Assembly: GCA_965644295.1 (NCBI GenBank)
Contig: CBFFRP010000241.1
Span: 1 to 64,000, forward strand
Length of the DNA: 64,000 bases
Reading direction: 5' to 3'
Source of the DNA: Paraphysomonas bandaiensis
Lineage: Eukaryota; Protista; Chrysophyceae
Shown: in pieces, positions 37,101 to 49,195 of the stretch
Position numbering within the stretch: position 1 is the first letter of the stretch
Layout: the number at the start of each line of letters is the position of its first letter
Notes under the pieces: model-generated
The model's database searches: none
Told to the model about the DNA's origin: nothing
What the model saw: the letters and a program-made list of their open reading frames with translations, nothing else
Program-made: the position numbers and the translations under genes

Positions 37101-38455
37101 GTATTGTGTTTGGAAAGAATCACCCTGCCGTTGCTCAAAGTCTCAATAACCTGGCGAATCTTTATTGCTGTATTGGCCAGTTCCAGGATGCAGAAGTTAT
37201 GTATGCTGAAGTTCTCCGGATTATCATTGATACATTTGGAGAATCTCATCCTGATGTAGCTGCTACTAATAATAACCTTGCAGGTATGAGTACAAGCATG
37301 CTGTGTTTGATGAATACTTGTGTTGGTTCGTTTGTCTTATTTGCTTTGCCAGGGTGTTTTGAGAACAAGGAAGATTACGATAAGGCGCTACCATTGTATG
37401 AGAAGAGTCTCGCCATTAGACAGGCTGTATTTGGCCCCTCTCATCCGACTGTGGCCCAGTCATTGAACAATTTAGCTGGAATAAAATTCCGTAAGGGAGA
37501 TTATCAGGGGGCTCTATCTCTGTACGAAAGGAGTATGGAAATCAAAATCAATTTGTACGGATCTGAGAACGCCGATGTGGCAGAGAGTCTGAATAATATT
37601 GCTGTACTTCATATGGCTGCTGGAAAGTTGACCAGTGCAGTTCATTCCCAGGAACAAGCTGTACAGCTGCTGGAAAAGCTCTTGGGGCCCCATCATCCGA
37701 ACACCATCAATGTCAAGGGCAATTTAGGAATTAGTTACAAACGTATGGGTGTACAAGGTCTGGGTGATAAACTTGTTAACGAGGCACTTACTTATCTTTC
37801 CACCAACAAATACCCGCTGGCTCACCCTTGGGTGAAAAAATTTACAGCAGAAGTTGCAGGTTTTTCGCCTACTGCATCTCCCAACGTATCCCGAGATGAT
37901 TATAGCGAGTCCTCCAGTGTACTTTCCACAGACACAGGGAGTCGCTTCAACAACTCGGGGAAGTATGTTAACCCAGATAAAACGAAACGACCGACGCTTA
38001 AAATTGCCGTGTCAACGCTACATAAGATGGAATCGGATATGACCTATGAAGGGGCTCGTACACCGGACAACGTTTCCGTCGATTCGGAAGATGTGGACCT
38101 TGACGACGTGGCCGTTGATTTGCCGGATGATAGTCTTCGCGTTGGAGACAGAGATATAGAGAGTGGAAGTGTAGGGTCCGGTGGGCAACGGCGGGGTCGG
38201 TCGTATAGAGACCCGATTGGAGGATCCTTATCAGCCCAGCGACGGTTGGAGGCTCTTGCCGCCACGTCCTCTTCTCGTCAAGTGAATGTGAATATTGTCG
38301 ACAAAACTAGGAGAAAGTCTTTAGCAAATAGCGAGTCTCCTAAGGCGGGTATCCGACCTAGGCGGCAACGACCGAAATTATCCGACTCTGGTGGGGAAAG
38401 TGATTATTCAGGAAGTGGGGGCGGTTTTACTTCAGGGGGATCTGGGAAAGCGTAA
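31190..38455 (+). CDS. Very large TPR protein (kinesin-light-chain/TPR_12-type repeats) with N-terminal RelA/SpoT-like nucleotidyltransferase domain; multi-exon
   Basis: Many 42-aa repeats (HPDVAASLNNLA..Y..A..LYE.SL.IR); exon 1 LK..R..DK, LYDVVRA, EVVRIKNYF..P..SGYRDVQL, FICEV; ORFs linked by short GT-AG introns. Confidence 0.85.
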
Positions 38456-38781
38456 TGTTCTGTGATGTATTGACGAAAGTAGTTGTAAAATATGTATTGC
38501 TCTCTTTTTCATATGATACTATGTAATGAGATGATTTAGTTATGATTTCAAGTAATGAATATGATGTGTTTGGTACTGTTTTTTATTCAAATTATTTCCC
38601 CATTCTTCAACTTTTGACACAATGACACTTAGAATTAAGTACCTGAACTTCAACACAGCACAGTCTCTGTGGCTAAACCAAGAAATAGGAGTGCGAAAAA
38701 CAAATATATAGGAAATTCAAGGTTATAAAAACATTATGGACCTTGGTACAGGATGCCTTGGTTGTTCTCTGGAGGCTTCTG
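38391..38781 (+). repeat. Segment duplicated at 45172-45562 (TPR gene 3' end and 3' flank)
   Basis: Near-identical sequence from ggtggggaaagtgattattcagg to ctggaggcttctg. Confidence 0.95.
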
Positions 38782-39865
38782 GGGTGGTACATGTGATTGG
38801 GGTATAATTAGTGGGATAAGAGTTTTCATATGTGTCAATATTCAATATGTGTATATGTGTGTAAATGCCAAACTATAGCTAAATATACAATGTATATATA
38901 GTTTACAATGTATCTGCTATGTTTTTCATCATCTGAAGGCCATCTAACAGCCTTCTTCTAATGGTCTTCTCATTGTTGCAATCTTTAATGTGTATATATA
39001 TCACGCCTTTTATCTCTTCCACAGATAGAGCTGTACTATTGGGGTAAACCGTATGCAATATATTACCTTTTTACACCTACCCTTTTCTTAATAGAATGCT
39101 CTACTTTTAGGATAAAACAAGTAAAAATATTAAAAAAGGAGAGAAAAAATAAATTACCCTACCCTTTTATCTGAGGGTGTGAGAATAGTGAGTGGTGATG
39201 ATGAGTGAGAATTTTTATCGTTTTTCTGGACTTGTCTGGTAGGAATTATATACTCGAAGTGTACAAGTGTTTATACCAGGCTCATTGGCGAATCAAAAGT
39301 AACATGGAATACGTGGAATACATAATTGTATATGTCTACTATTTGGATATTAGTTTTTAAAAGTTTTTGGATGCTAAATCACACCAAAGTGGCGGTATAC
39401 TTTTATTGTATGGGTATTTAGGTAGAAAATCAATACATATTGCATAATCGATACTAACTATGCGAAACGGCGGTACTAACTATAAGCTTGTCAAATAAGT
39501 AGCTCAACAACACTCGTGTCTATTCTACGTATGTTGTAATGACAAGATTGAAATAGTTGCTCAATATCTTCATAGAGTAGTTCACTTGATGTAGTAGGTA
39601 ACCATAACAGTCCCTACACTAGGAGATTTATCTATACGACTTATATGCGATGTACCAAAACTATCTTGTCATTCTGAACTGCTATGGAACTATGGTAAAT
39701 AAATTTCTAACTTAAAAATTTCTTAATTTCGAAATTCTTATTAATTAAAAGCATTGTTCCTGCAACTTGAAAAATTGATTGTAATTGTACTGTGAGTATA
39801 ATGACCATAAGTAAAAGTTTACCTCCTATAATGTCGAACTTTGATAGATGAAACTATGTCCTTAG

Positions 39866-40342
39866 TTAGTCCAACAATTCACTCATATCTTCACCCAAAT
39901 GCACACTGCTTGCATCTGACTGCGTACTAAAAGGTGAAGCCTGTCGGTGTGTTCGTATAGGTCTTGTGGAATCCATAGGCGCACTACTAGAACCAAACAA
40001 ATACAGGTTGTTCACCTCATATAGGGAGATGTACAATTTTCGTCTCTGGTCTTCGTAGTACGCAGTAATCTCGGGATCAGCAACATGAATAATCTTATCA
40101 AGTAAATCAATTTGATGTTCCAATACTTTTCTTCTTTCCAAGTGAAGATGCTCATCGTTCTGAGTAACGACAACAGTGTGTTGATGTTTCATTACTACAA
40201 CTTTGTTACTATACTTCAAGTTTCTAGTTGAACTTCTTATAATTCTATCTTCATTCCCAATAAGATCGAGATGTTTCCTTTTGTTTCTACCAGTCAGTCT
40301 TTGTTGCAATCCTCTTGCAGATCTTTTAGATTTAGTTCCCAT
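39866..40342 (-). CDS. Hypothetical protein (158 aa)
   Basis: ATG ORF, basic N-terminus, ~300 bp downstream of a co-oriented copy of the 130-bp repeat. Confidence 0.4.
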   Translation of the reverse strand: MGTKSKRSARGLQQRLTGRNKRKHLDLIGNEDRIIRSSTRNLKYSNKVVVMKHQHTVVVTQNDEHLHLERRKVLEHQIDLLDKIIHVADPEITAYYEDQRRKLYISLYEVNNLYLFGSSSAPMDSTRPIRTHRQASPFSTQSDASSVHLGEDMSELLD

Positions 40343-41891
40343 AAAGGAATCAAAAAGGAAAACTTTCTTGTGGATTTATTGACTTAATGGGAGGGTGGAA
40401 AGACTTTCGATGTAAATGATTGTCACCAATACGGAAATGTTTCTGAGGTTGATTTGAGTGTATTGAATTGAGCTCGTCATCTGATGCCTCCATAATGGCT
40501 TTAAATAGAGAATTCCTGTATATTTTTTGTTCAAAAATGTCTCTAATATTGAGATAATAATTATGTGTATTCCAGCTGTAGTTGTACTTCAGTTATATAG
40601 AGGATATTTGCTTCAATTTATATCCGAAAAATAAGATGCGGACTGCGGATACGATGACAACTTCTCTTCTTGTTGTTGTTTGGGCAGTCAGCATCTTATT
40701 TTTTCGGGAATAAATTGAATCAAATATTCTCTATATTACTGAACTACAACTACGGCTGGAATACAGATGATTGTTGTATCAATATAGGAGACATCTTAGA
40801 ACAAAAATATACAAAGGATACCGATATACATGTACATGTATGCATGAGCAGCAGTTTGTGCATATCGATTTTATGGATTTGTTCTTGTTCATTGTTTATT
40901 TCATTGAAAAGTCATCGTTTTTTCATTTAAAAGTCACTTTTTTTCACTTTTCACTGAAAAAACGATGATTTTTCAATAAAATAAACTGTACATCAATAAA
41001 TTTCCGAAAAAACGACTAAAAACTTGGAGTTTTTGAGTGATCATAATTTTAATAGCGTTTTTTATGTTTTTTATGGACCAAAACTACAGGATTTTGTGTA
41101 TGGAATAATGCCACAGGGGTTTAGGAGTAAAACCTTACATATTATAGAAACCCTACATTTCAGGATTCTAAAATCCTCGAATGTCCTAAAACTCCATTTT
41201 TGGGGTATTTAAGAGTTTATTGCTCACACTGAAACCCTTTTAGGGTTAAATAACACATACAGCTGCAACACACGAACCCATGGTGCGAAACGAGGAGAAA
41301 CAACTGCCGATCTCGTCAAGTTAGCACGACTTCTACAGCTGTTATACAATAGCAACAAGAGAAGTACGCACAGTAACTTCTGCTTAGATTCATTCCTGTC
41401 GATTAAGCTACAGTTGGGTAGCATATGTCTACTTTATATAGCTTCAGCTCTTTAAATAGTTTATGCATATGTTTATGCATATAGGATAGTTTGTACGAGG
41501 GGTCCGGGGGGGTCTCCTAAAAAAACATAAAATCTGCATAAATTCATGAGTTTATGCAGCCTATTTTATGCAGATTTATGTGTTTGTGCAATTTAGGTAG
41601 TCACCCAGTATATAGGATATTTTTAACAGGGATTTTAAGGCCTAAATAACCCATATTTAAGATCTTTTAAACATGGATTTTTAGGCCTAAATAACCCATA
41701 TTTGGGATTTATTGATGGTCCGCTATGCTCCCATTTCCAGGAAACTTTCTCACCATGGTCTCTGTGTATTCCACGAGTAGTCAGTGTGGTCTCATGCATG
41801 GCATCACATACATACGTAAGATTTCATATCAAACTCATTCTTGTCATCATAATCTACATACTCACATAACACTGAAGTGATACGAACTATA

Positions 41892-43466
41892 ATGGAAACT
41901 GAATCAACTGAATTAATTGATGCACGTACTGCATTACATGAAGCTATTCTACAAGCTAAAGTAGCAGAAGAAGTTTCACGTTTAAAACAAATTGAAAAAT
42001 GGAAGAAAGGAATGAAAACAAAACATCTTCCAACAACTCAATTAGAGAATGCATTAAAAGAAGCAAGTCAAAATACAAATACAAACATTATTGAAGATGT
42101 AACAATTTCAGTATTTATTGATTTATTTTTAGAAGATATTCAAGAAACGAGAGAAAATGTCATAAAAAAACAAAAAATTGTTGATAATTTAATTGAAAAA
42201 GCATCAGAAGAGAAATTGCTAAATATTCAGAAAGTTATTCCTGATTATGTTCCTTTATTACAGACTGCAACTCCTTCAGAACAATTTCAACAATGTGTTC
42301 AATTATTGGAGTCTCTTGTGATAAGTCAGCGGAAAACTGAAGAGCGTGTGGAGTCACTTATGATAAGTCAGCGGAAAACTGAAGAGCGTGTGGAGTCACT
42401 TATGATAAGTCAGCGGAAAACTGAAGAGCGTGTAGCAGAGCTTTGGGCAACACAGTTTTCATTAAGTCGTGCAAGAGATGCGGGGTTCACTTGTTCGCAG
42501 GCTAGGTCTGCGGGATATACTTGTTCGCAGGCTAAGTCTGCGGGATATACTTGTTCGCAGGCTATGTCTGCTGGATTTACTTCGGTGGAATTGTCAAATG
42601 TCATGAGGCTTCGCTGTATCCATACTCTGTCGGGTCATACTGGTCATGTCAGCTGTGTGAGTGTGCTTCCAGATGGTCGTATTGTGAGTGGTTCTGGTGA
42701 CGGTACTCTTCGCATTTGGGATGCATCCAGTGGACAGTGCATCCTTACTCTGTCGGGTCATACTAGTCCTGTCAACTGTGTGAGTGTGCTTCCAGATGGT
42801 CGTATTGTGAGTGGTTCTGGTGACGGTACTCTTCGCATTTGGGATGCATCCAGTGGACAGTGTATCAATACTCTGTCGGGTCATACTAATTATGTCAGCT
42901 GTGTGAGTGTGCTTCCAGATGGTCGTATTGTGAGTGGTTCTAATGACTATACTCTTCGCATTTGGGATGCATCCAGTGGACGGTGTATCAATACTCTGTC
43001 GGGTCATACTAATGTTGTCAACTGTGTGAGTGTGCTTCCAGATGGTCGTATTGTGAGTGGTTCTAGTGACAGTACTCTTCGCATTTGGGATGCATCCAGT
43101 GGACGGTGTATCAATACTCTGTCGGTTTATACTAGTCCTGTCAAGTGTGTGAGTGTGCTTCCAGATGGTCGTATTGTGAGTGGTTATGCTGACAATACTC
43201 TTTGCATTTGGGATGCATCCAGTAGACAGTGTATCAATACTCTGTCGGGTCATACTAGTCCTGTCAAGTGTGTGAGTGTGCTTCCAGATGGTCGTATTGT
43301 GAGTGGTTCTAATGACTGTACTCTTCGCATTTGGGATGCATCCAGTGGACGGTGTATCTATGCTCTGTATATTTATGTCGCGTGTGTGAGTGTGCTTCCA
43401 GATGGTCGTATTGTGAGTGGTTCTAATGACTATACTCTTCGCATTGTGGAGGAAGAGTGGATTTAG
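41892..43466 (+). CDS. Coiled-coil + short-repeat + 7x WD40 protein with highly conserved internal repeats
   Basis: Intronless ORF; 3x ESLMISQRKTEERV, 4x A(R/K/M)xAG(Y/F)TCSQ-like, seven 123-bp/41-aa GH..WD units. Confidence 0.9.
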   Translation: METESTELIDARTALHEAILQAKVAEEVSRLKQIEKWKKGMKTKHLPTTQLENALKEASQNTNTNIIEDVTISVFIDLFLEDIQETRENVIKKQKIVDNLIEKASEEKLLNIQKVIPDYVPLLQTATPSEQFQQCVQLLESLVISQRKTEERVESLMISQRKTEERVESLMISQRKTEERVAELWATQFSLSRARDAGFTCSQARSAGYTCSQAKSAGYTCSQAMSAGFTSVELSNVMRLRCIHTLSGHTGHVSCVSVLPDGRIVSGSGDGTLRIWDASSGQCILTLSGHTSPVNCVSVLPDGRIVSGSGDGTLRIWDASSGQCINTLSGHTNYVSCVSVLPDGRIVSGSNDYTLRIWDASSGRCINTLSGHTNVVNCVSVLPDGRIVSGSSDSTLRIWDASSGRCINTLSVYTSPVKCVSVLPDGRIVSGYADNTLCIWDASSRQCINTLSGHTSPVKCVSVLPDGRIVSGSNDCTLRIWDASSGRCIYALYIYVACVSVLPDGRIVSGSNDYTLRIVEEEWI

Positions 43467-44031
43467 CATTTTGATTGTATTCAGTCGATTGTGGTCATTC
43501 GGAATTGTTTCCGTACTACACTTTCCTTTGACCCGGTTAATCAACTATCAGTCAGTTATTCCTGATATTTTTATTATTTATATTTTTGCTTTTACGCACT
43601 GTCGCATTATTTAACATTGAAAAGCCAGCACGTCGTGCATTGGAAACATGGATCGGACAACTCTACGATCCTGAATCTCTGTTGTCATGTGCAATCAAAT
43701 CAATCAAAGAATGAGAGTGCACGTGAGTACGAGTTGTTGTAGGCATAGATCACAAGCAATTGATTGATTGATAGATTGATTTACTGTTCGCCACGCATTA
43801 AATTAGGTTAGTAATGTGGTGGTATTTTCTACTCACGATACGAGGTATACGGTTAAAACTATGTTACAGGTAGTCTTATCAGTGCCTAGTTTCTTCCGCT
43901 CATGTACGCATTTATGATCCTCTCCATTACAGCATCTGGAAGCTGATATACTTCTTCCCATCTCAGATCCCAGGTATCGTGCCTATTGAGTTATACCAGA
44001 CTATTCGTCAAGCCTCGTATCAAAAAAGAAT

Positions 44032-44430
44032 ATGAGATATCGAGAATTGGCGATAAACCTCCAAATGCATCCAATCGATGACTACAAAACATTAATCCGC
44101 AGACTGTTAGAAGCTCGACTGTTGGAATGCTCTTATCGAACAACGAGGACACAAAAACCGACAGTATTCAGCTTGCAGCTTCAAAACCCCTGTTTTTCCC
44201 GGAACAAAGTAAATTTCAAGCGCGAAAAGGGGACATCTTTCAGAAACCGCTCCAACAAACCGAAACATGATAAGAGAGCTGATAAAGACATTAAGTGTTT
44301 CCAATGCGAAGGAAAGGGTTACATTGCATCGGAATGCAAATTCTCATGGAAAAAGATTCAGCGGAAAACGACAATTCAGGAAGGCCAAATATCAGACATC
44401 ACCACCTCATATACAGATTACCGACAATGA
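44032..44430 (+). pseudogene. Retrotransposon gag-like remnant with degenerate zinc knuckle
   Basis: CFQCEGKGYIASEC (H>Y of CX2CX4HX4C); duplicated at ~48555-49153. Confidence 0.6.
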
Positions 44431-44591
44431 TGAAGGTCAGTTCGAACAACAGTATACCGAATTTGAAAACAGAGGAGTCTCATGTAGTTAAAAGTATGAA
44501 AAAAAATCACATCATTCATGTCGTTTCACTCCTTCCAGTCAATATTATTAAAAACTAGTTTCAATATTCGCAGTGTTGCCTTATTGGAAAA

Positions 44592-45171
44592 TGTTGAGTT
44601 CTGCAATATGATGTGATATATATTGTGCAATTGAAGTGAGTTAACAATGTGCAATAGGTAAAGTCAACTCACAGGTGTAACGGGTGATTATAGTTACAAA
44701 GGAATTAAATTCAGTTACTGATGTGTGACTATACAAGATATAGAGCTGACTGATGAACATATGATAAACAGATGTTGCTATAAGAACAGATGTTTCAACA
44801 TATGTTACACGAATATATAGTGAAGTGTTCAGAATAATAATCATAATTTCTTACTTGAAAGTGCATTGTGTTCAACAGCAAGGTTACGGTTTTACGCGTA
44901 GATCAAAGTTAACTTCAGTGAAATGTCCATTGTTAACATGGTAGCGAGTGGTAGCACTGAAGAGACGAAGGAGGACAACAAGGTGCTGAAGTTCGACAAG
45001 TATCAGGCGGAGGCGTCTGCTCAAAAAAAAAGGATTCATCTGATAAACAAAAATCGGAACCATCTGGGGTTAGAGCCGAAACCTGCTGGAGGAGGCAGAG
45101 CACGAGAATTATGGCATGAGCGAAATGACACGTGTGTTGCAACGATTTGGGAGGCTTGTGAACATGACGCT
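44592..45171 (+). mobile_element. 3'-truncated Copia-like LTR retrotransposon: 286-bp LTR, PBS-like site, gag start
   Basis: TGTTGA(44592)...TCAACA(44877), then GCAAGGTTACGG and an ORF from 44923; absent at the paralogous site (ttattggaaaa|agtc at 49153). Confidence 0.65.
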
Positions 45172-45559
45172 GGTGGGGAAAGTGATTATTCAGGAAGTGG
45201 GGGCGGTTTTACTTCAGGGGGATCTGGGAAAGCGTAATGTTCTGTGATGTATTAACGAAAGTAGTTGTAAAATATGTATTGCTCTCTTTTTCATATGATA
45301 CTATGTAATGAGATGATTTAGTTATGATTTCAAGTAATGAATATGATGTGTTTGGTACTGTTTTTTATTCAAATTATTTCCCCATTCTTCAACTTTTGAC
45401 ACATTGACACTTAGAATTAAGTACCTGAACTTCAACACAGCACAGTCTCTGTGGCTAAACCAAGAAATAGGAGTGCGAAAAACACATATATAGGAAATTC
45501 AAGGTTATAAAAACATTATGGACCTTGGTACAGGATGCCTTGGTTGTTCTCTGGAGGCT

Positions 45560-46560
45560 TCTGAAGAGCGTGTGGAGTCACTTATGATAAGTCAGCGGAA
45601 AACTGAAGAGCGTGTGGAGTCACTTATGATAAGTCAGCGGAAAACTGAAGAGCGTGTAGCAGAGCTTTGGGCAACACAGTTTTCATTAAGTCGTGCGAAA
45701 GATGCGGGGTTCACTTGTTCGCAGGCTAGGTCTGCGGGATATACTTGTTCGCAGGCTAGGTCTGCGGGATATACTTGTTCGCAGGCTAGGTCTGCTGGAT
45801 TTACTTCGGAGGAATTGTCAAATGTATCCATACTCTGTCGGGTCATACTAATTATGTCACCTGTGTGAGTGTGCTTCCAGATGGTCGTATTGTGAGTGGT
45901 TCTTGGGACAACACTCTTCGCATTTGGGATGCATCCAGTGGACAGAGTATCCTTACTGTGCGGGGTCATACTAGTTATGTCAACTGTGTGAGTGTGCTTC
46001 CAGATGGTCGTATTGTGAGTGGTTCTAATGACAGTACTCTTCGCACTTGGGATGCATCCAGTGGACAGTGTATCAATGCTCTGTCGGGTCATACTAGTTA
46101 TGTCAACTGTGTGAGTGTGCTTCCAGATGGTCGTATTGTGAGTGGTTCTAATGACTATACTCTTCGCATTTGGGATGCATCCAGTGGACGGTGTATCAAT
46201 GCTCTGTCGGGTCATACTAATTATGTCAGCTGTGTGAGTGTGCTTCCAGATGGTCGTATTGTGAGTGGTTCTGCTGACTATACTCTTCGCATTTGGGATG
46301 CATCCAGTGGACAGAGTATCCTTACTCTGTCGGGTCATACTAATGTTGTCAACTGTGTGAGTGTGCTTCCAGATGGTCGTATTGTGAGTGGTTCTAATGA
46401 CTATACTCTTCGCACTTGGGATGCATCCAGTGGACAGTGTATCAATGCTCTGTCGGGTCATACTGGTTATGTCAGCTTTGTGAGTGTGCTTCCAGATGGT
46501 CGTATTGTGAGTGATTCTGGTGACAATACTCTTCGCATTGTGGAGGAAGAGTGGATTTAG
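45560..46560 (+). pseudogene. 5'-truncated, frameshifted paralog of the WD40 gene (6 repeats)
   Basis: Lacks the first ~150 codons; 16-bp deletion (catgaggcttcgctgt) before repeat 1; 3' flank matches 43467-43818. Confidence 0.85.
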
Positions 46561-48521
46561 CATTTCGATTGTATTCATTCGATTGAGGTCATTCGGAATT
46601 GTTTCCGTACTAGACTTTCCTTTGACCCGGTTAATCAACTATCAGTCAGTTATTCCTGATATTTTTATTACTTATATTTTTTGCTTTTACGCACTGTCGC
46701 ATTATTTAATATTGAAAAGCCAACACGTCATGCAATGGAAACATGGATAGGACAACTCTACGATCCTGAATCTCTGTTGTCATGTATGCGCAATCAAATC
46801 GATCAAAGAGTGAGAGTGTGCACGTGAGTACGAGTTGTTGTAGGCATAGATTACAAGCAATTGATTGATTGATAGATTGATTTACTGTTCGCCACGCATT
46901 AGATTAGGTTAGTAATGTATATACTAAGTGTGTTACTAAGTGTCGAATGTAAGTGTTACTATTATCGAATGTTAGTTAATGTAGAAAATGGAACAAACTA
47001 AGAAATTACTAAGGAACAGATGGTAAGAAATATTACTAAGTAGAAATAAACGATGCAGGAAGAAGTGTTAAATCAGCCGACGGAAATGTATTGGTTTCAG
47101 TGAGGTGGTCATGATTCCGTGAATTCTCCAGTTCGAGCTGCCACATGCTGCTGCTCGCTTAAAATATCCATTCTCTTGCAGCGAATATTAGTAACGATTT
47201 GAATCGTTTCATCCAGTGTATCTAGACAAGTAAGAGCATGCAATGTCTGATAGAAGGGATCAGGACTGCGGTCTTCCATGATCGAATACTCTGCAGGATC
47301 GTCAGGCAAGGGAGTGAAATCTTCCTCCAGCTCCAGAGCGCAAGTAAAATCCAGGATCGTCAGGCAAGGGATTTTTACTTACGCTCTCTGGATACGAGTG
47401 TATGTATGGGAGGTGTATGAGCTCTACTGTACTGGGATACCCTTCGTGCTGACAAGAACAAAAGCGTCGTTTTTTCATCGTCTTCTCCAAAAAGACATAC
47501 CGCAGAGCTTGCCAATAAAAAAGTGTCCCTCCAACACACACACTGTGAGGACAAGAATCTTTGTCGTGATGATAACTCTGACTTGATTGCAGTGAAATTG
47601 TGATTGTATAGTAATCACAAATCACAAATGCTATGCGGCTGACTAAAAAGTGTGACGTCGAACAGAACATTGAAGTATTGGCAGGCACTGGTATATGACA
47701 GCGTTTTGGAACTCCAAGAAGCAGATTAGGGATGGTTTGAGGGATCATGTTATCGTCCTCCAGCTGAAATCTTGATGTCGTGTTGCTCAGAATAAAAGAA
47801 ACCGCAACTTCAATTTAGAAGTAGCGAATGTCACGTACTTAGTTAGTAATTTGGAATTCCAATAAGCAATTTGAGAGAGCGAATACACTGTGAATTGTGC
47901 TCTTATTAACTGTGAGTTCGTATAGCAAGCTTCAAAACTAACTGTCTATGCGGGAGAGCTATTGTAAAGGTTTATGCCTCATTATCGACAAAATGAGCGT
48001 GACAAGTGGGTTCCCATGACCTGTAGAAATGCGGAGAGTGTATGTCTCGAGGTTATTGAAGATGACGCAAGCACTATATGCCTATTAGTATTGGAGGGGA
48101 GTAAAGCATTTGAAATGCGGAGTGAAAGTTCAGTCCGAGTACTTTGTTGATTCATGTGCTGATTTACAGCATGAAACCGTGTTTGAAATCGAAAAAGAAG
48201 ACCATGCAGGTGAGGTAGTGGATATGCTCGACTTACTGAGCAATGCTCTCAGTCGTGGTAAAAAGAGAAATGCATCAGAAATGGCTTTCAGCTCCAGAGA
48301 CTCCCAGCTAGTGTCAGGTAATAAGTAGTGGTACTAGAGACTAGAGTAGTAGAGTGTGTAGCTGGAGTACTATTGGGCTGTTGAGTAATAATCAGTTCAT
48401 TCATTGTATGTACAGTTATTGCTTTTCTTTTACATGCGCAAGCAATAATGAGAACTAGATGGTACTGTACTGAAGTATAAGATTAGGTGAAATTTGTATA
48501 TGCTCAAGATTTGTCGTTAAT

Positions 48522-48992
48522 TTGCAGCAAACGCATGCATGTGTATGTATTATTATACCTGACTATTCGTCAAGCCTCGTATCAAAAAAGAATATGAGAT
48601 ATCAAGAATTGGCGATAAACCTCCAAATGCATCCAATCGATGACTCCATAACATTAATCCGCAGACTGTTAGAAGCTCGTCTGTTGGAATGCTCTTATCG
48701 AACAACGAGGACACAAAAACCGACAGTATTCAGCTTGCAGCTTCAAAACCCCTGTTTTTCCCGGAACAAAGTAAATTTCAAGCGCGAAAAGGGGACATCT
48801 TTCAGAAACCGCTCCAACAAACCAAAACATGATAAGAGAGCTGATAAAGACATTAAGTGTTTCCAATGCGATGGAAAGGGTCATATTGCATCGGAATGCA
48901 AATTCTCATGGAAAAAGATTCAGCGGAAAACGACAATTCAGGAAGGCCAAATATCAGACATCACCACCTCATATACAGAATACCGACAATGA
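48522..48992 (+). pseudogene. Second gag-like remnant with intact CCHC knuckle
   Basis: CFQCDGKGHIASEC; near-identical to 43992-44591. Confidence 0.65.
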
Positions 48993-49195
48993 TGAAGATC
49001 AGTTCGAACAACAGTATACCGAAATTGAAAACAGAGGAGTCTCATGTAGTTAAAAGTATGAAAAAAATTCACATCATTCATGTCGTTTCACTCCTTCCAG
49101 TCAATATTATTAAAAACTAGTTTCAATATTCGCAGTGTTGCCTTATTGGAAAAAGTCTTCTAGTACACATCTAACGACGAATAGTGACGTAGCCC

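Noticed and set aside
42594-43544. Long antisense ORFs (316 aa and 334 aa at 45634-46638)
   Set aside because: Stop-free shadow of the WD40 repeat unit on the opposite strand
42612-46560. Diversity-generating-retroelement-like mutagenesis (most variable codons are NNT/NNC, derivable from AAY)
   Set aside because: Other adenines, including synonymous ones in CCA and GCA, are invariant; AAG/TGG/GCG variants do not fit; no reverse transcriptase or template repeat in the window. Selection plus homogenisation explains the pattern.
46918-48550. Genes in the 1.6-kb replaced segment (short ORFs, caggatcgtcaggcaaggga repeated twice)
   Set aside because: Fragmented ORFs with no recognisable family or termini
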